Virus record (IMG/VR): IMGVR_UViG_3300019926_000010
Coordinates: 873 to 64,872 of that record
Reading direction: 5' to 3' (one strand)
DNA: 64,000 nt
Origin: a virus
This document shows positions 55,792 to 64,000 of this stretch, piece after piece. The position numbers and the translations under genes were made by a program. The number at the start of each line of letters is the position of its first letter. Within the stretch, counting starts at the first letter, position 1. The notes under the pieces were generated by a model. That model made no database searches, was not told the origin of the DNA, and was given only the letters and a program-made list of their open reading frames with translations.

Positions 55792-55835
55792 TGCCCTTCC
55801 ACGGAATCGAACCGCGGAGCCGCCACTAAGGGTCA
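55792..55835 (-). ncRNA. Mini-tRNA element
   Basis: CCCTT-AGTGGCGGCTC-CGCGG-TTCGATT-CCGTG-G-AAGGG. Confidence 0.65.
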
Positions 55836-55875
55836 GCCGGATTTGCAAATTTCCCGAAAATCGCCTCGCGTTCCT

Positions 55876-56583
55876 TTAAGAGGGGGTAGGAATCTCAGCG
55901 GCCCACAGTGCGCGAGCCATGAAGTCCATCTCCTTCGCCGTCATTCGGTAATCATCACCGTCAATGGTCACCGAATGTCGCTCGTTCGACAACCCACTGA
56001 ACGACACGTCGTAGGCCGAGTCAGCCGAATCAGGGCTGATAACCGAGCCGTTCCGTCTTCGGCTTACTGTGTTGGGATGCCGAAACTCACACTCCCAGGT
56101 TAGGAGTAGTTCTTGACTGAATAGCCACCCATTTTCGGTCACTTCGAGTTTTCCATCTGAGATATACTCCGAGAAGGGCGGCATCTCCGCCAGATAGTCA
56201 ACCACTTTCATCCGAACCCGGTTCTCCATGATCTCGTCGCGGAGATCCACGAGCGGCGTCGGGTCGGCTCCCTCACCCTCGTCCCGATCCTCGTAGATCG
56301 TAATGAGGGTGTCCACCATCCGAGGTTTCAAGTCAGGGCCGAGGTGCATCGGTTGCGCTCCCTCGACCTTGAGGGTAAACTCAGTGGAATCTTCGTTCGG
56401 TGAGATTGTTACTGAAGGATCGCCGCTAAGGTGTAGAATTTCGTCGCCTTCTTTCAATAATCCCCACAGGTTGTGATCGAACAGAAGCCTGTTTTGTCGG
56501 GAGAGGGGAACGCTCTCTATGTTTCCGTCGTCGTGTTGTACTACGATGTTCGCCGGGGTTCTTCGTTTGACTTCAGGCATCAT
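55876..56583 (-). CDS. Hypothetical protein, candidate rIIB-like partner
   Basis: Coupled downstream of the rIIA-like gene; contains LEVTENGWL. Confidence 0.4.
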   Translation of the reverse strand: MMPEVKRRTPANIVVQHDDGNIESVPLSRQNRLLFDHNLWGLLKEGDEILHLSGDPSVTISPNEDSTEFTLKVEGAQPMHLGPDLKPRMVDTLITIYEDRDEGEGADPTPLVDLRDEIMENRVRMKVVDYLAEMPPFSEYISDGKLEVTENGWLFSQELLLTWECEFRHPNTVSRRRNGSVISPDSADSAYDVSFSGLSNERHSVTIDGDDYRMTAKEMDFMARALWAAEIPTPS

Positions 56584-59389
56584 TATCACCGTATCCGAGG
56601 AGTGCCACCTTCTCCCGAACATCGTCTTCTTCCATCTTGGTGAAGTCCATGTTCAGGTCGTGGAGGGCCATCATCAACTCCTCAACGTGGCCCTTGTACC
56701 CCTTGTTGTAGGACAGACTGTCGATGACGTTGTAGATTTCAGAGTCATCGTCCCAGTTCGGGGTGTCGATAAGTCGCTGGTAGTGGCTCTCACCCTTCTT
56801 TAGTGAGTAAGAGTTGAACTTCTTGGAGTGAAGCCGACCGTACTTGAACGCGATTATGCTCTTCCGTCCAACGTATTCCTTGTCAGCGACGAACTCGATC
56901 TTGTCCATCGCCTTCCTGTCGGCAACAGCCCACAACACGTCGGGCTGTTCTCCGTCGTCAAAGTGCATCTGACCGAGTAGGTCTTCCGTGAAGTATTCCC
57001 GAATCTCGGATCGTTCGTCGGTAATCAGCTTCTTGCCTTCGATGTTCGTGACCTGAGCGAAGATTACCAGTCGATCATCCTCGATCATATCCACGAGCGT
57101 CATTGCACCGTCTTCGGTGGCGATGACCGAGTTGTAGGAACGGGCTTTGTATTCGTCAGGAAGGAACACAGCCGCACAGTCTTTCAGAGCCTCGTATTCC
57201 TCGTTGGAACAGGACGCAATTGCGGCGTTGTCAGCGAAGTCGTAGTTGTCCGAGATGTTCCTTTCACCCGACCGAGGGAAGAGAACTAACTCGTTTCGTC
57301 GGTGGATTCCGTTTCCATCTTCACCGAACCGATCTCTGACTTTCTTCACCGGATACCGAGCGTCGATCTTGTGACCGCTCTCGGTTCGGATCTTGAGGAC
57401 GTGATCTTCCACGTCGTCCGGCTTCCCCCGAGACTTCTTATCGGTCCCATCGGATCGTTTGTTTTTGCTGGCTATTGCATCCGGGATGTCCCACTCGTCG
57501 TCCTCGTCGTCATCACGACGGTACGGAACGTTCGGAAGCCGCTTGAACCCGTACAGATCCTCGTAAGTTTCGTACTTGTGGGCACCGGATACCACGATGA
57601 TCTCGCTGTCATCGTAGGTGTTCCAGAGCGTCTTTGCCCGGTCCATGAACTTCCCACCGGTCGAAGCCGCCATGTAGATATTCGATCCAGTGGAGTCAGC
57701 GAGCAGATCACCGAGCTTTTTCTCACTGCGTCCCTTCTGTCGTGATACGTTGCATCCGTTTCGGGGAGCGTGGGAAAACTCGGTGAACAGACCGTGGATC
57801 TTCTGGTAGGTTTCGGGAATATCGTAGCTCCCGATCACTTCGATGGGATCGTCGTCGGTGTACTTCTTAATACACTGACATCGGTACTCCCATTCAGAAA
57901 TAGTCATTCCTACATCATCATCGTAATTTCGGAACTCGTTGTCCTCCTTCTGAAGGAACCGAGTGAACCGTTTCAGGTTTTTGAACACTCCGTGAGGACC
58001 ATGCCTCTTGAGAACTTTCCGGAAAGTCTTCCACTCTCCGGGGTTATCCTGCGGTGCTGAGAGAACGTCTTCCGGACCGTCGATGTTTTCCAGAAACTCA
58101 GCGGCTACCTCAAGCTCGCGCTCTTTCACGACCTCCTTGATGTGCTTGAAGAACCTCGTGTTTGCAGTGTCCTTCTGGAGTCGGTCCCGGTCGGCGGTCG
58201 GCTGGGGGAGGGGAACGTCGTCCTCGTGGAGGTCAACATCCTCCTCTTTCTTCCCCCTATTCGGACCTTCAATGATAAGTCCCTGTTCGTTGTGGATCTG
58301 CACCTTGACGTTCCAGAGTGAGCGAACACTAACCCGCGTGTTCCGCTCAATGGGCATACTAACCAGGAAACAGTCCGGGTCATCGTAGCCGCTCGGAACA
58401 TCAGGTCCCGCAACGATGGTGTACTCACCGGGTCGGTTCACTACAATCGGCGGGTCGTTGTAGAGTTCTTCCAGCGTGTTTCCGCCGTACTCTTCCTCGG
58501 TGATCGTTTCACCGTCTCGGTACTCCTTATAGAGAAGCGGAACCCGGAGAGCCTGACTGTATTTCGCCAGCCAACCTTGGAACTTGTTCAAGTCGATCCC
58601 ACCCTCAGATTCTTCGAGGACCGGGATCTCAAATCGGGTTCCACGGAAGTTCTCAGGAATGTCGTTCGGAATCTCTTCAAGTCCTGAGAGATCCGTCAGG
58701 AAGGCGATGCCCTCCTTGTCAATGTCCGGAGCGTCAACCTTCCGGGTCTTTGTCCATCCCGTGATGTCACCGTACTTCCCGGCGGGCTTCACGAACGTCA
58801 GGGCACCGAGGCCCATCTTCCCACCGGTATCAGCATCGTAGGACACACCCGACATTCCCGTCGTGTTGAACGCTTTGTCCAACTCGTGGGCAGTCATCCC
58901 GATGCCGGGGTCCTGGTAGACGATCTTCCGTTCGTCTCTGTGAAGCTCGACCTCGATGGTCGGGTTGTAACCGAGAGAACTGGCGGCCTCCATGATTTCA
59001 CTCAGCGGTCGAGGAAGCTCGATAATTCGACCATCCTCGGTCATCACGTCCCGAGTGAGCCACTCCTCACCGTAATCCGGGTGGTGTGAAATGAGCAACT
59101 TCGCCGCTCGAATAACCGCAGTCTCGGCGTTCTGGTTGTACTCTCGGGGGAACGCCTCGTCACTGCTGTAGATCAGCTCTGATAGATGCTCGTGAATGGC
59201 ATCCTCAGCGATGTCTCGCTTACTTTTGCCCGTCGAACCCGTTTCTTGGGCCAACGCGCTGTTTTCGTCTATGACGTTTAATTCGTCCTTTTCAACTGCC
59301 GATGCCGACGACGTGATCTCACCGAACTCCTGACTGCTCGGCGTAGTCGGCACTTTTCCGTTCTGGTTTTGGGTGTCCTGTTGGGACAT
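56573..59389 (-). CDS. GHKL (Hsp90-like) ATPase-domain protein, rIIA-like
   Basis: REYNQNA (N box), QDPGIGM (G1), GKMGLG (G2) and GTRFEIPV (G3), followed by a long C-terminal region. Confidence 0.75.
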   Translation of the reverse strand: MSQQDTQNQNGKVPTTPSSQEFGEITSSASAVEKDELNVIDENSALAQETGSTGKSKRDIAEDAIHEHLSELIYSSDEAFPREYNQNAETAVIRAAKLLISHHPDYGEEWLTRDVMTEDGRIIELPRPLSEIMEAASSLGYNPTIEVELHRDERKIVYQDPGIGMTAHELDKAFNTTGMSGVSYDADTGGKMGLGALTFVKPAGKYGDITGWTKTRKVDAPDIDKEGIAFLTDLSGLEEIPNDIPENFRGTRFEIPVLEESEGGIDLNKFQGWLAKYSQALRVPLLYKEYRDGETITEEEYGGNTLEELYNDPPIVVNRPGEYTIVAGPDVPSGYDDPDCFLVSMPIERNTRVSVRSLWNVKVQIHNEQGLIIEGPNRGKKEEDVDLHEDDVPLPQPTADRDRLQKDTANTRFFKHIKEVVKERELEVAAEFLENIDGPEDVLSAPQDNPGEWKTFRKVLKRHGPHGVFKNLKRFTRFLQKEDNEFRNYDDDVGMTISEWEYRCQCIKKYTDDDPIEVIGSYDIPETYQKIHGLFTEFSHAPRNGCNVSRQKGRSEKKLGDLLADSTGSNIYMAASTGGKFMDRAKTLWNTYDDSEIIVVSGAHKYETYEDLYGFKRLPNVPYRRDDDEDDEWDIPDAIASKNKRSDGTDKKSRGKPDDVEDHVLKIRTESGHKIDARYPVKKVRDRFGEDGNGIHRRNELVLFPRSGERNISDNYDFADNAAIASCSNEEYEALKDCAAVFLPDEYKARSYNSVIATEDGAMTLVDMIEDDRLVIFAQVTNIEGKKLITDERSEIREYFTEDLLGQMHFDDGEQPDVLWAVADRKAMDKIEFVADKEYVGRKSIIAFKYGRLHSKKFNSYSLKKGESHYQRLIDTPNWDDDSEIYNVIDSLSYNKGYKGHVEELMMALHDLNMDFTKMEEDDVREKVALLGYGDNDA

Positions 59390-59414
59390 AATGTCTCCTC
59401 CCCACAGCGGGGAA

Positions 59415-59463
59415 AACGTCACCGGGGAGTCGAACCCCGAACTTCCGCCTATCGGGTGACGTT
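59415..59463 (-). ncRNA. Mini-tRNA element
   Basis: AACGTCAC-CCGATAGGCGGAAGTT-CGGGG-TTCGACT-CCCCG-GTGACGTT. Confidence 0.7.
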
Positions 59464-59829
59464 AATCATCTCCGTTTTGTCCTCTCGGACTCGCTCTTCA
59501 ACGGATTCGATTTGGGTTTGGGTCCAGCGGTTGGATTTGATGGCCTCCATCCGGTCGAACTTGATCGGATATGCGGTGACCACCTCCTCCCTGATCGTAT
59601 CGACAGCGACTTTGAACGTGATACCACCTTCTGTATAAATAATCGCGGTATCAGAATCTCCTCCGGGGTTCTCTCCTCGATCACCCTCTTGAATTGCATC
59701 GGAGATGAGCCGCTTGTCGATGCACCGTTTCTCGTTTTCGTAGTACAACCGTTGCCGAACGTGGATAGTCAGACAGAAAGTAGATACCAAGTCCCGTCGC
59801 TCCTCAACGGGCCGTTGGTTGGTAGACAT
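59449..59829 (-). CDS. DUF4258-like protein
   Basis: HVRQRL...I...LISDAIQEG...KVAVD....VVTAYP pattern. Confidence 0.5.
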   Translation of the reverse strand: MSTNQRPVEERRDLVSTFCLTIHVRQRLYYENEKRCIDKRLISDAIQEGDRGENPGGDSDTAIIYTEGGITFKVAVDTIREEVVTAYPIKFDRMEAIKSNRWTQTQIESVEERVREDKTEMINVTR

Positions 59830-60014
59830 CAGACTGGGCTAAAAATCGCCCGTAGCGGGTGCCACTCTCCCGGAACTACTGGTTGTCGTTCCGGTTCTTC
59901 AGAAATACCTGCCCCAACACCACCTGCCCCTCCTGGTGGATCGTCGTCGTTGTTGTTATCGAACGTTACACTGTCTTCCTTTCCGCTACTTGGGTTGTGA
60001 TAGTTTCTCTTCAT
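59829..60014 (-). CDS. Small hypothetical protein
   Basis: Track ORF whose stop overlaps the next start. Confidence 0.45.
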   Translation of the reverse strand: MKRNYHNPSSGKEDSVTFDNNNDDDPPGGAGGVGAGISEEPERQPVVPGEWHPLRAIFSPV

Positions 60015-60060
60015 AGGTTAACTCCTCAAGTTAAAGGAGGCGGGGGCCTTCCCGACGGTA

Positions 60061-60120
60061 ACCGCACTACATAATACCGCACCTAATACAGTGCTGTATT
60101 ACTGTAGTGAGCGGCCCCAA
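60061..60120. repeat. Partial third copy of the intergenic repeat family
   Basis: GTGAGCGGCCCCAA is shared with 19502-19515; AATACAGTGCTGTA and ACCGCACT are shared with the 46690-46750 region. Confidence 0.65.
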
Positions 60121-60162
60121 CCGACCTCCTGTACTAAAAATCAACAGCAGAGGGAAGGGACG

Positions 60163-61161
60163 TTAGAGCTTCTGGAGCGCATCCATGTTGAACGCCGATT
60201 CCAGGCGCTCAACCCGTGCCTCTAACTCCTCGATCCGACTGGTTTCGGCTTCGGGTTCCTCTGATGTTTCTTCCTCGGTCACTTCACCGCCATCAGTTGT
60301 GGCGGTCATCTGTTCCTCGTAGTCACCTGAACGAAGCTGACGGCCTCGGTTCTTCAGATCCTCGTAGCCGTCTTCACCGACGAACTTCTGAATCCCGTTC
60401 CGGACTGTGTTCTTCGAGCAGTCCACTTCCTCAGCGATGTCAGTGTTTGTCCGACTCGGATCACGGAGCTTGAGCAGTGCCGACTGCATCTGCATTGTAT
60501 GCTCCACGGCAGGCTGTTCTTCCAGGTACTCCTGGGCCGCCTTCGGTTCCATCGGTAGATCCGGTTCGGCCTCGGACTCCTCGCCCTCACCGGTATCAGC
60601 ATCCGCCTCTGTCTCCTCGGGTTCACTGCCCTGTGTCTCGTCGGAATCGTAGAAGTCCACCGGGCTGTAGATGACTTCCTCGCCGTCCTCTGTTTCGAGG
60701 ATCGGGACGAAGATCGGGTCCACCTCGTCCTTGGAATAGTCCACATTGAACTCCTCAGCGGCCACATCAGCCTGAATCTCGTGAACTCCGACGATTGTGA
60801 TGCCGAAGTGTTCGCTTCCGGCTTCCTTCCACATCTCCTCGTCGGGGGTCGAGAAGTCCTCTCGGTACTTCCGAAGGCCGTACATATCCTTCTCCCCGGT
60901 GATCTCCTCGATCAGCTCTTGTTTCTGATCGTTGAAGAACCGATAGTCGTCCACTGCACCGGACACTCCGGCATCGGTTCCCTTCACCGTGAGGTCGTCG
61001 TTCTGGAGGATCTGCGGCCCGTTGCGTCGGTTGGCGTCACAGGCGATCCAGTACACCTCGTGGATCTCTGAACGCTCATCGAAATACTGGTTTCCACCAG
61101 TAGCGTCGTTTTCTTGGTCGTTTTCGGTACTTCCGTCTTCCGCGGTCTGGTCTGCGAACAT
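60163..61161 (-). CDS. Very acidic protein with HTH and C-terminal coiled coil
   Basis: TNTDIAEEVDCSKNTVRNGIQK (HTH) and RIEELEARVERLE. Confidence 0.75.
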   Translation of the reverse strand: MFADQTAEDGSTENDQENDATGGNQYFDERSEIHEVYWIACDANRRNGPQILQNDDLTVKGTDAGVSGAVDDYRFFNDQKQELIEEITGEKDMYGLRKYREDFSTPDEEMWKEAGSEHFGITIVGVHEIQADVAAEEFNVDYSKDEVDPIFVPILETEDGEEVIYSPVDFYDSDETQGSEPEETEADADTGEGEESEAEPDLPMEPKAAQEYLEEQPAVEHTMQMQSALLKLRDPSRTNTDIAEEVDCSKNTVRNGIQKFVGEDGYEDLKNRGRQLRSGDYEEQMTATTDGGEVTEEETSEEPEAETSRIEELEARVERLESAFNMDALQKL

Positions 61162-61241
61162 TTTAGTTTGGGTAGCAACTGCATGGTCATCTGCCAATAC
61201 GTCGATCAGAAAGGAAGTGGGTTAGAGCTTCATCACCCAAG

Positions 61242-61307
61242 TGGAGTCCACGGGACTCGAACCCGCTCGCGTCTCGCTTACCTGATTCGGTCGGCCAACC
61301 GGACTCC
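61242..61307 (-). ncRNA. tRNA-like element with intact top half
   Basis: 7-bp acceptor GGAGTCC/GGACTCC+A and T-arm GCGGG-TTCGAGT-CCCGT; the 34-nt middle has no valid anticodon arm. Confidence 0.65.
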
Positions 61308-61434
61308 GATTGTTAACACGGTGAGGTGGCGAAATCTCACCGCGGCCAGCGGCCAAGGTTGCCAGCCTTGTTTAACCGCCAACTCGGTCCTTTTGTACCC
61401 CGTCGGGGGCTGTCGTTTTTCAGACCAGACCTAA

Positions 61435-61475
61435 TACTACGCCGAGGAATCGAACCTCGAAATACCATTCGTAGC
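61435..61475 (-). ncRNA. Mini-tRNA element
   Basis: GCTACG-AATGGTATTT-CGAGG-TTCGATT-CCTCG-G-CGTAGT. Confidence 0.7.
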
Positions 61476-61540
61476 ACGGGACCGGGAACCACCCAGTCCC
61501 ACGAAAGGGGGTCGGAGAGTGTGACGGGGGCACGGTGCCC

Positions 61541-61593
61541 CCAGCACCTCGAAAGGAATCGAACCTACCGAGGCTAAACCGCGTTGACGCTGG
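61541..61593 (-). ncRNA. Mini-tRNA variant with extended T-arm
   Basis: CCAGCG-TCAACGCGGTTTAG-CCTCG-GT-AGG-TTCGATT-CCT-TT-CGAGG-TGCTGG. Confidence 0.5.
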
Positions 61594-61846
61594 TGTTCAC
61601 GGTGGTTTCACAGTTTGGGCACTTTTGGATCTTCTCGAAAATGTTGAACTTTTGATCGCAGTTCCAACACTTCGCAACTCCACGGAGTGTCATGTTACCG
61701 CCAGCTATACACTGCACGCCGATACCGAGCGGGCCACGCTTCCGTTTTGTCCGAGCAGTACATCTCTCGCTGACGGTCGGCGTAGGACTTTTCAGCCTTT
61801 TTCTTCACCGCGTCGGAGGCCGTCGGTCGGGTAGCTGACTTCGCCA

Positions 61847-62026
61847 TTACGCCTCGACCTCCGGAATCTCGATCTCCTCGATCTCGGTGACCTCCTCACC
61901 TTCGTGGTATACCGTCGCCTCGGGGTCTTCGAGGGCTTCTTCCACGAAGTATCGGATGCTGGTGTCTCGCTCTGTGCCATTCTCGAACGCAATCGTGACT
62001 TCTCGGATTAGGAGTTTATCTTCCAT
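61847..62026 (-). CDS. Small acidic protein
   Basis: Manually translated as MEDKLLIREVTIAFENG...; fits composition better than the track frame. Confidence 0.55.
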   Translation of the reverse strand: MEDKLLIREVTIAFENGTERDTSIRYFVEEALEDPEATVYHEGEEVTEIEEIEIPEVEA

Positions 62027-62067
62027 CGAAAGGTGCCCTCCGGGTATGTTAGCCCTTCATTGAGCAG

Positions 62068-62113
62068 TAACTCACGGAGAATCGAACTCCGAAAACGTCA
62101 CCAGACTGAGTTA
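62068..62113 (-). ncRNA. Mini-tRNA element
   Basis: TAACTCA-GTCTGGTGACGTTTT-CGGAG-TTCGATT-CTCCG-TGAGTTA. Confidence 0.7.
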
Positions 62114-62250
62114 AATATTGAGGTGTTCTATTGCTTCAGTTGCACCGTCACGACCGAGGATTTCGATGAGTGCCCGAACTCTGTGGGCGGCGAGATTGGT
62201 ACCCGTGTCCATCTTCACCACGTCGGCCTCGGTCTGAAACTCACCGAAGT

Positions 62251-62661
62251 TCATCTGTAATGGTGAATCGCGTCCCGAAGAACCGCCTCGTCGTAGTGAT
62301 CTCGGTGAAGGTAGTGGGCCAGTTCGTAGTCATGGTACCCCTCCGGGTTCTCGATGGTGTCAGTCTTCACGAGAACCATGTTGTAGTCGTGCTGTAGGCC
62401 GAGGTGGGTGTCGTGCTGGGCGATCTTCGCTTCCCGCGGATACCCGACACTCACTAACGCATGACCGATAGGACTCATTTTGAAGTCCGACTTGTGAGGT
62501 GCCTGATCTGCCATTGCATGGGCCATCTCAGCCATCTCAGTCGGTGATAAGTCGTCACGGACTCGATCTCGATGCGGCTTGATGGACCGACCCGTAGCCA
62601 TCTTGATGATTTCGTTGAACGTTACCTGCGGCTCGTCGTCGGTGGGTTCTTCTGCGAACAT
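62251..62661 (-). CDS. Hypothetical His-rich protein
   Basis: ATG 62661 (MFAEEP) inside the track ORF. Confidence 0.55.
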   Translation of the reverse strand: MFAEEPTDDEPQVTFNEIIKMATGRSIKPHRDRVRDDLSPTEMAEMAHAMADQAPHKSDFKMSPIGHALVSVGYPREAKIAQHDTHLGLQHDYNMVLVKTDTIENPEGYHDYELAHYLHRDHYDEAVLRDAIHHYR

Positions 62662-62663
62662 TG

Positions 62664-62975
62664 TTACGCTTTGACTGAAACTTCGTTGATTGCATCGGCC
62701 TTCGACTCGGGCCGAGCGTCGATCTCCGTGATAGTTGCACCAGTGAAAGTACCCATCTGCTGGGTGGTGGACTGACTGTAACCCTCCCACCCAGTGAATT
62801 TGAACACTTTCCCGTTCGGGGTACGGAAGCCGTACACAGCCCATCCGTAGCCCCACAGAATGGCCGATCCATCCGAGAACGTCTCTATTTCCATGTTATT
62901 CGCCTGTCCTGACCCACCGCCGTTGTAGAAACGGCTGGTGAGATCGTTGTTACTTAGCGTCATAGGACTCTCCAA
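62664..62975 (-). CDS. Hypothetical protein
   Basis: Track ORF; LWGYGWAVYGFR...GWEGYSQSTTQQM. Confidence 0.6.
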   Translation of the reverse strand: MESPMTLSNNDLTSRFYNGGGSGQANNMEIETFSDGSAILWGYGWAVYGFRTPNGKVFKFTGWEGYSQSTTQQMGTFTGATITEIDARPESKADAINEVSVKA

Positions 62976-63007
62976 CCCCTCAAACCACTGCGGTTATCAT
63001 CGGGAAG

Positions 63008-63048
63008 GCCGAGGGAGGGAATCGAACCCTCACTTAATCCAACTCGGG
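63008..63048 (-). ncRNA. Mini-tRNA element
   Basis: CCGAG-TTGGATTAAGT-GAGGG-TTCGATT-CCCTC-C-CTCGG. Confidence 0.65.
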
Positions 63049-63335
63049 GGTTACTCTGATGATTTTCTAATAGCCTCAGCCAAATCTCGGGCTTCTTCGA
63101 TGGTATCAGAGGCCATTAGAGCCTTTGTAGCGGCACAAGCGTTGTTCATACCGTTTTCATTAGGGTGGTCCATTAGAAAGCGTAGGGTTCGTCGTGATCG
63201 ACACTGTTGTCCTCCGGTTCTACCGGGTGACCACAGTTTTCGCAGGTGTTCGTCTCACTATCTCCCTCAAGCTGATCTTGAGCGGCACCGCAATTCTGAC
63301 AGAAACCAGTCTGTGCTGAAGGTGATTTTTTCATG

Positions 63336-63536
63336 TTAGTAAGGGTTCATGCCGACTGCACAGGCGAAACAGGGAACCGCCGAGTGCTTACTATACCACG
63401 TTCCACACTGGGGACACTCCTGAACCTCGCCTTCTCCGTAGATTTCTTCCGCTTCCTCTTTCGACCGGGGCGGAGACTTCCTGCGGGTCATATCCGCTTC
63501 ACCGCGCTTGCCCAAATTGCGATTCCGAAGTCGCAA
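63336..63536 (-). CDS. CPxCG zinc-finger microprotein
   Basis: CPQCG...CFAC. Confidence 0.55.
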   Translation of the reverse strand: MRLRNRNLGKRGEADMTRRKSPPRSKEEAEEIYGEGEVQECPQCGTWYSKHSAVPCFACAVGMNPY

Positions 63537-63779
63537 TGTCGGCAGTTTTTAGCGTCTTCTTGTACCTCTCGGTAACAGTTGGGACACTTTTTCACAGGTC
63601 GATCCTCGTTCGTTCCAGGTCGATCTTTTCAACCGACTGGGGGTGGAGTTCTGAGTTGATCTCACTGATCTCCTCGTCGGTGCAGTGACCGGCGACAAAC
63701 AGACTTGCACCGACTACCCGAACTTCGTTTGTGTTGACGATACCTTTCACCGTAACCATCGCCTCAGGGATCTTGAGAC

Positions 63780-63977
63780 TCATTGATCTCGGAGATGTTG
63801 CGAGGCTTCTTCGAGGCTGTAGAACGTTTTTCCACATTCACATTTGTACTCAACCTCGGAGTTCCAGCCACCATGAATGTCAGTTGAGACACATTCTACG
63901 TCACCAGTTTCCTCGTTGAGAACGTGCGTTTCGTCGTACTTCACCGGATACTCTGATCGTGTTACCTCGTGTTCCAT
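63780..63977 (-). CDS. C2H2-like microprotein
   Basis: YKCECGKTFYSLEEASQHL. Confidence 0.55.
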   Translation of the reverse strand: MEHEVTRSEYPVKYDETHVLNEETGDVECVSTDIHGGWNSEVEYKCECGKTFYSLEEASQHLRDQ

Positions 63978-64000
63978 TGTCAGTCGTCCTCCCTCGGTTC

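Noticed and set aside
36322-61161. Recurrent (A/T)DGG peptide in several proteins
   Set aside because: It is a common haloarchaeal linker motif and not evidence of a specific system.
61792-61992. Track ORF MRSRMAQ...
   Set aside because: The overlapping frame 61847..62026 gives an acidic, properly coupled protein, so the track frame is probably spurious.
1-64000. CRISPR array or diversity-generating retroelement
   Set aside because: No regularly spaced identical repeats, no reverse transcriptase and no TR/VR pair were seen. The mini-tRNAs are dispersed and differ in sequence.

Overview
This window is most of the genome of a haloarchaeal tailed virus with a contractile tail (myovirus). Its gene order resembles HF1/HF2-type viruses, and the proteome is strongly acidic. 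1-25.1 kb (+) is the virion module: terminase, portal, protease/scaffold, capsid, neck, sheath, tube, chaperone with a probable +1 frameshift, tape measure, baseplate, fibre and an AT-rich adhesin. 25.7-26.9 kb holds a tyrosine integrase next to an attP-like copy of a tRNA 3' end; only one copy is present, consistent with a non-integrated form. 27.5-45.9 kb (-) covers nucleotide metabolism and replication (ThyX, Dcd, PolB, Cas4-like nuclease, phosphoesterase, PriS-PriL primase fusion, AAA+ helicase, RNA ligase) and a tRNA/tRNA-like cluster. 46-48.2 kb (+) is a small regulatory island (C2H2 protein, truncated TFB-like protein, ERCC4 nuclease). 48.2-64 kb (-) contains a Rad3/DinG helicase, an rIIA-like GHKL ATPase and many small ORFs. 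The lead observation is a dispersed family of nine mini-tRNA or tRNA-like elements on the coding strand, almost all between genes. Each keeps an acceptor stem, a T-arm and a GG-containing linker but lacks a normal D-arm and anticodon arm. They may be RNase P/tRNase Z punctuation signals for viral transcripts. Also notable are an ADP-ribosyltransferase-like domain fused to a neck protein, a DUF3140-like insert in the protease, and a 63-bp dispersed intergenic repeat. All family assignments come from motifs recognised by eye; no database search was run.
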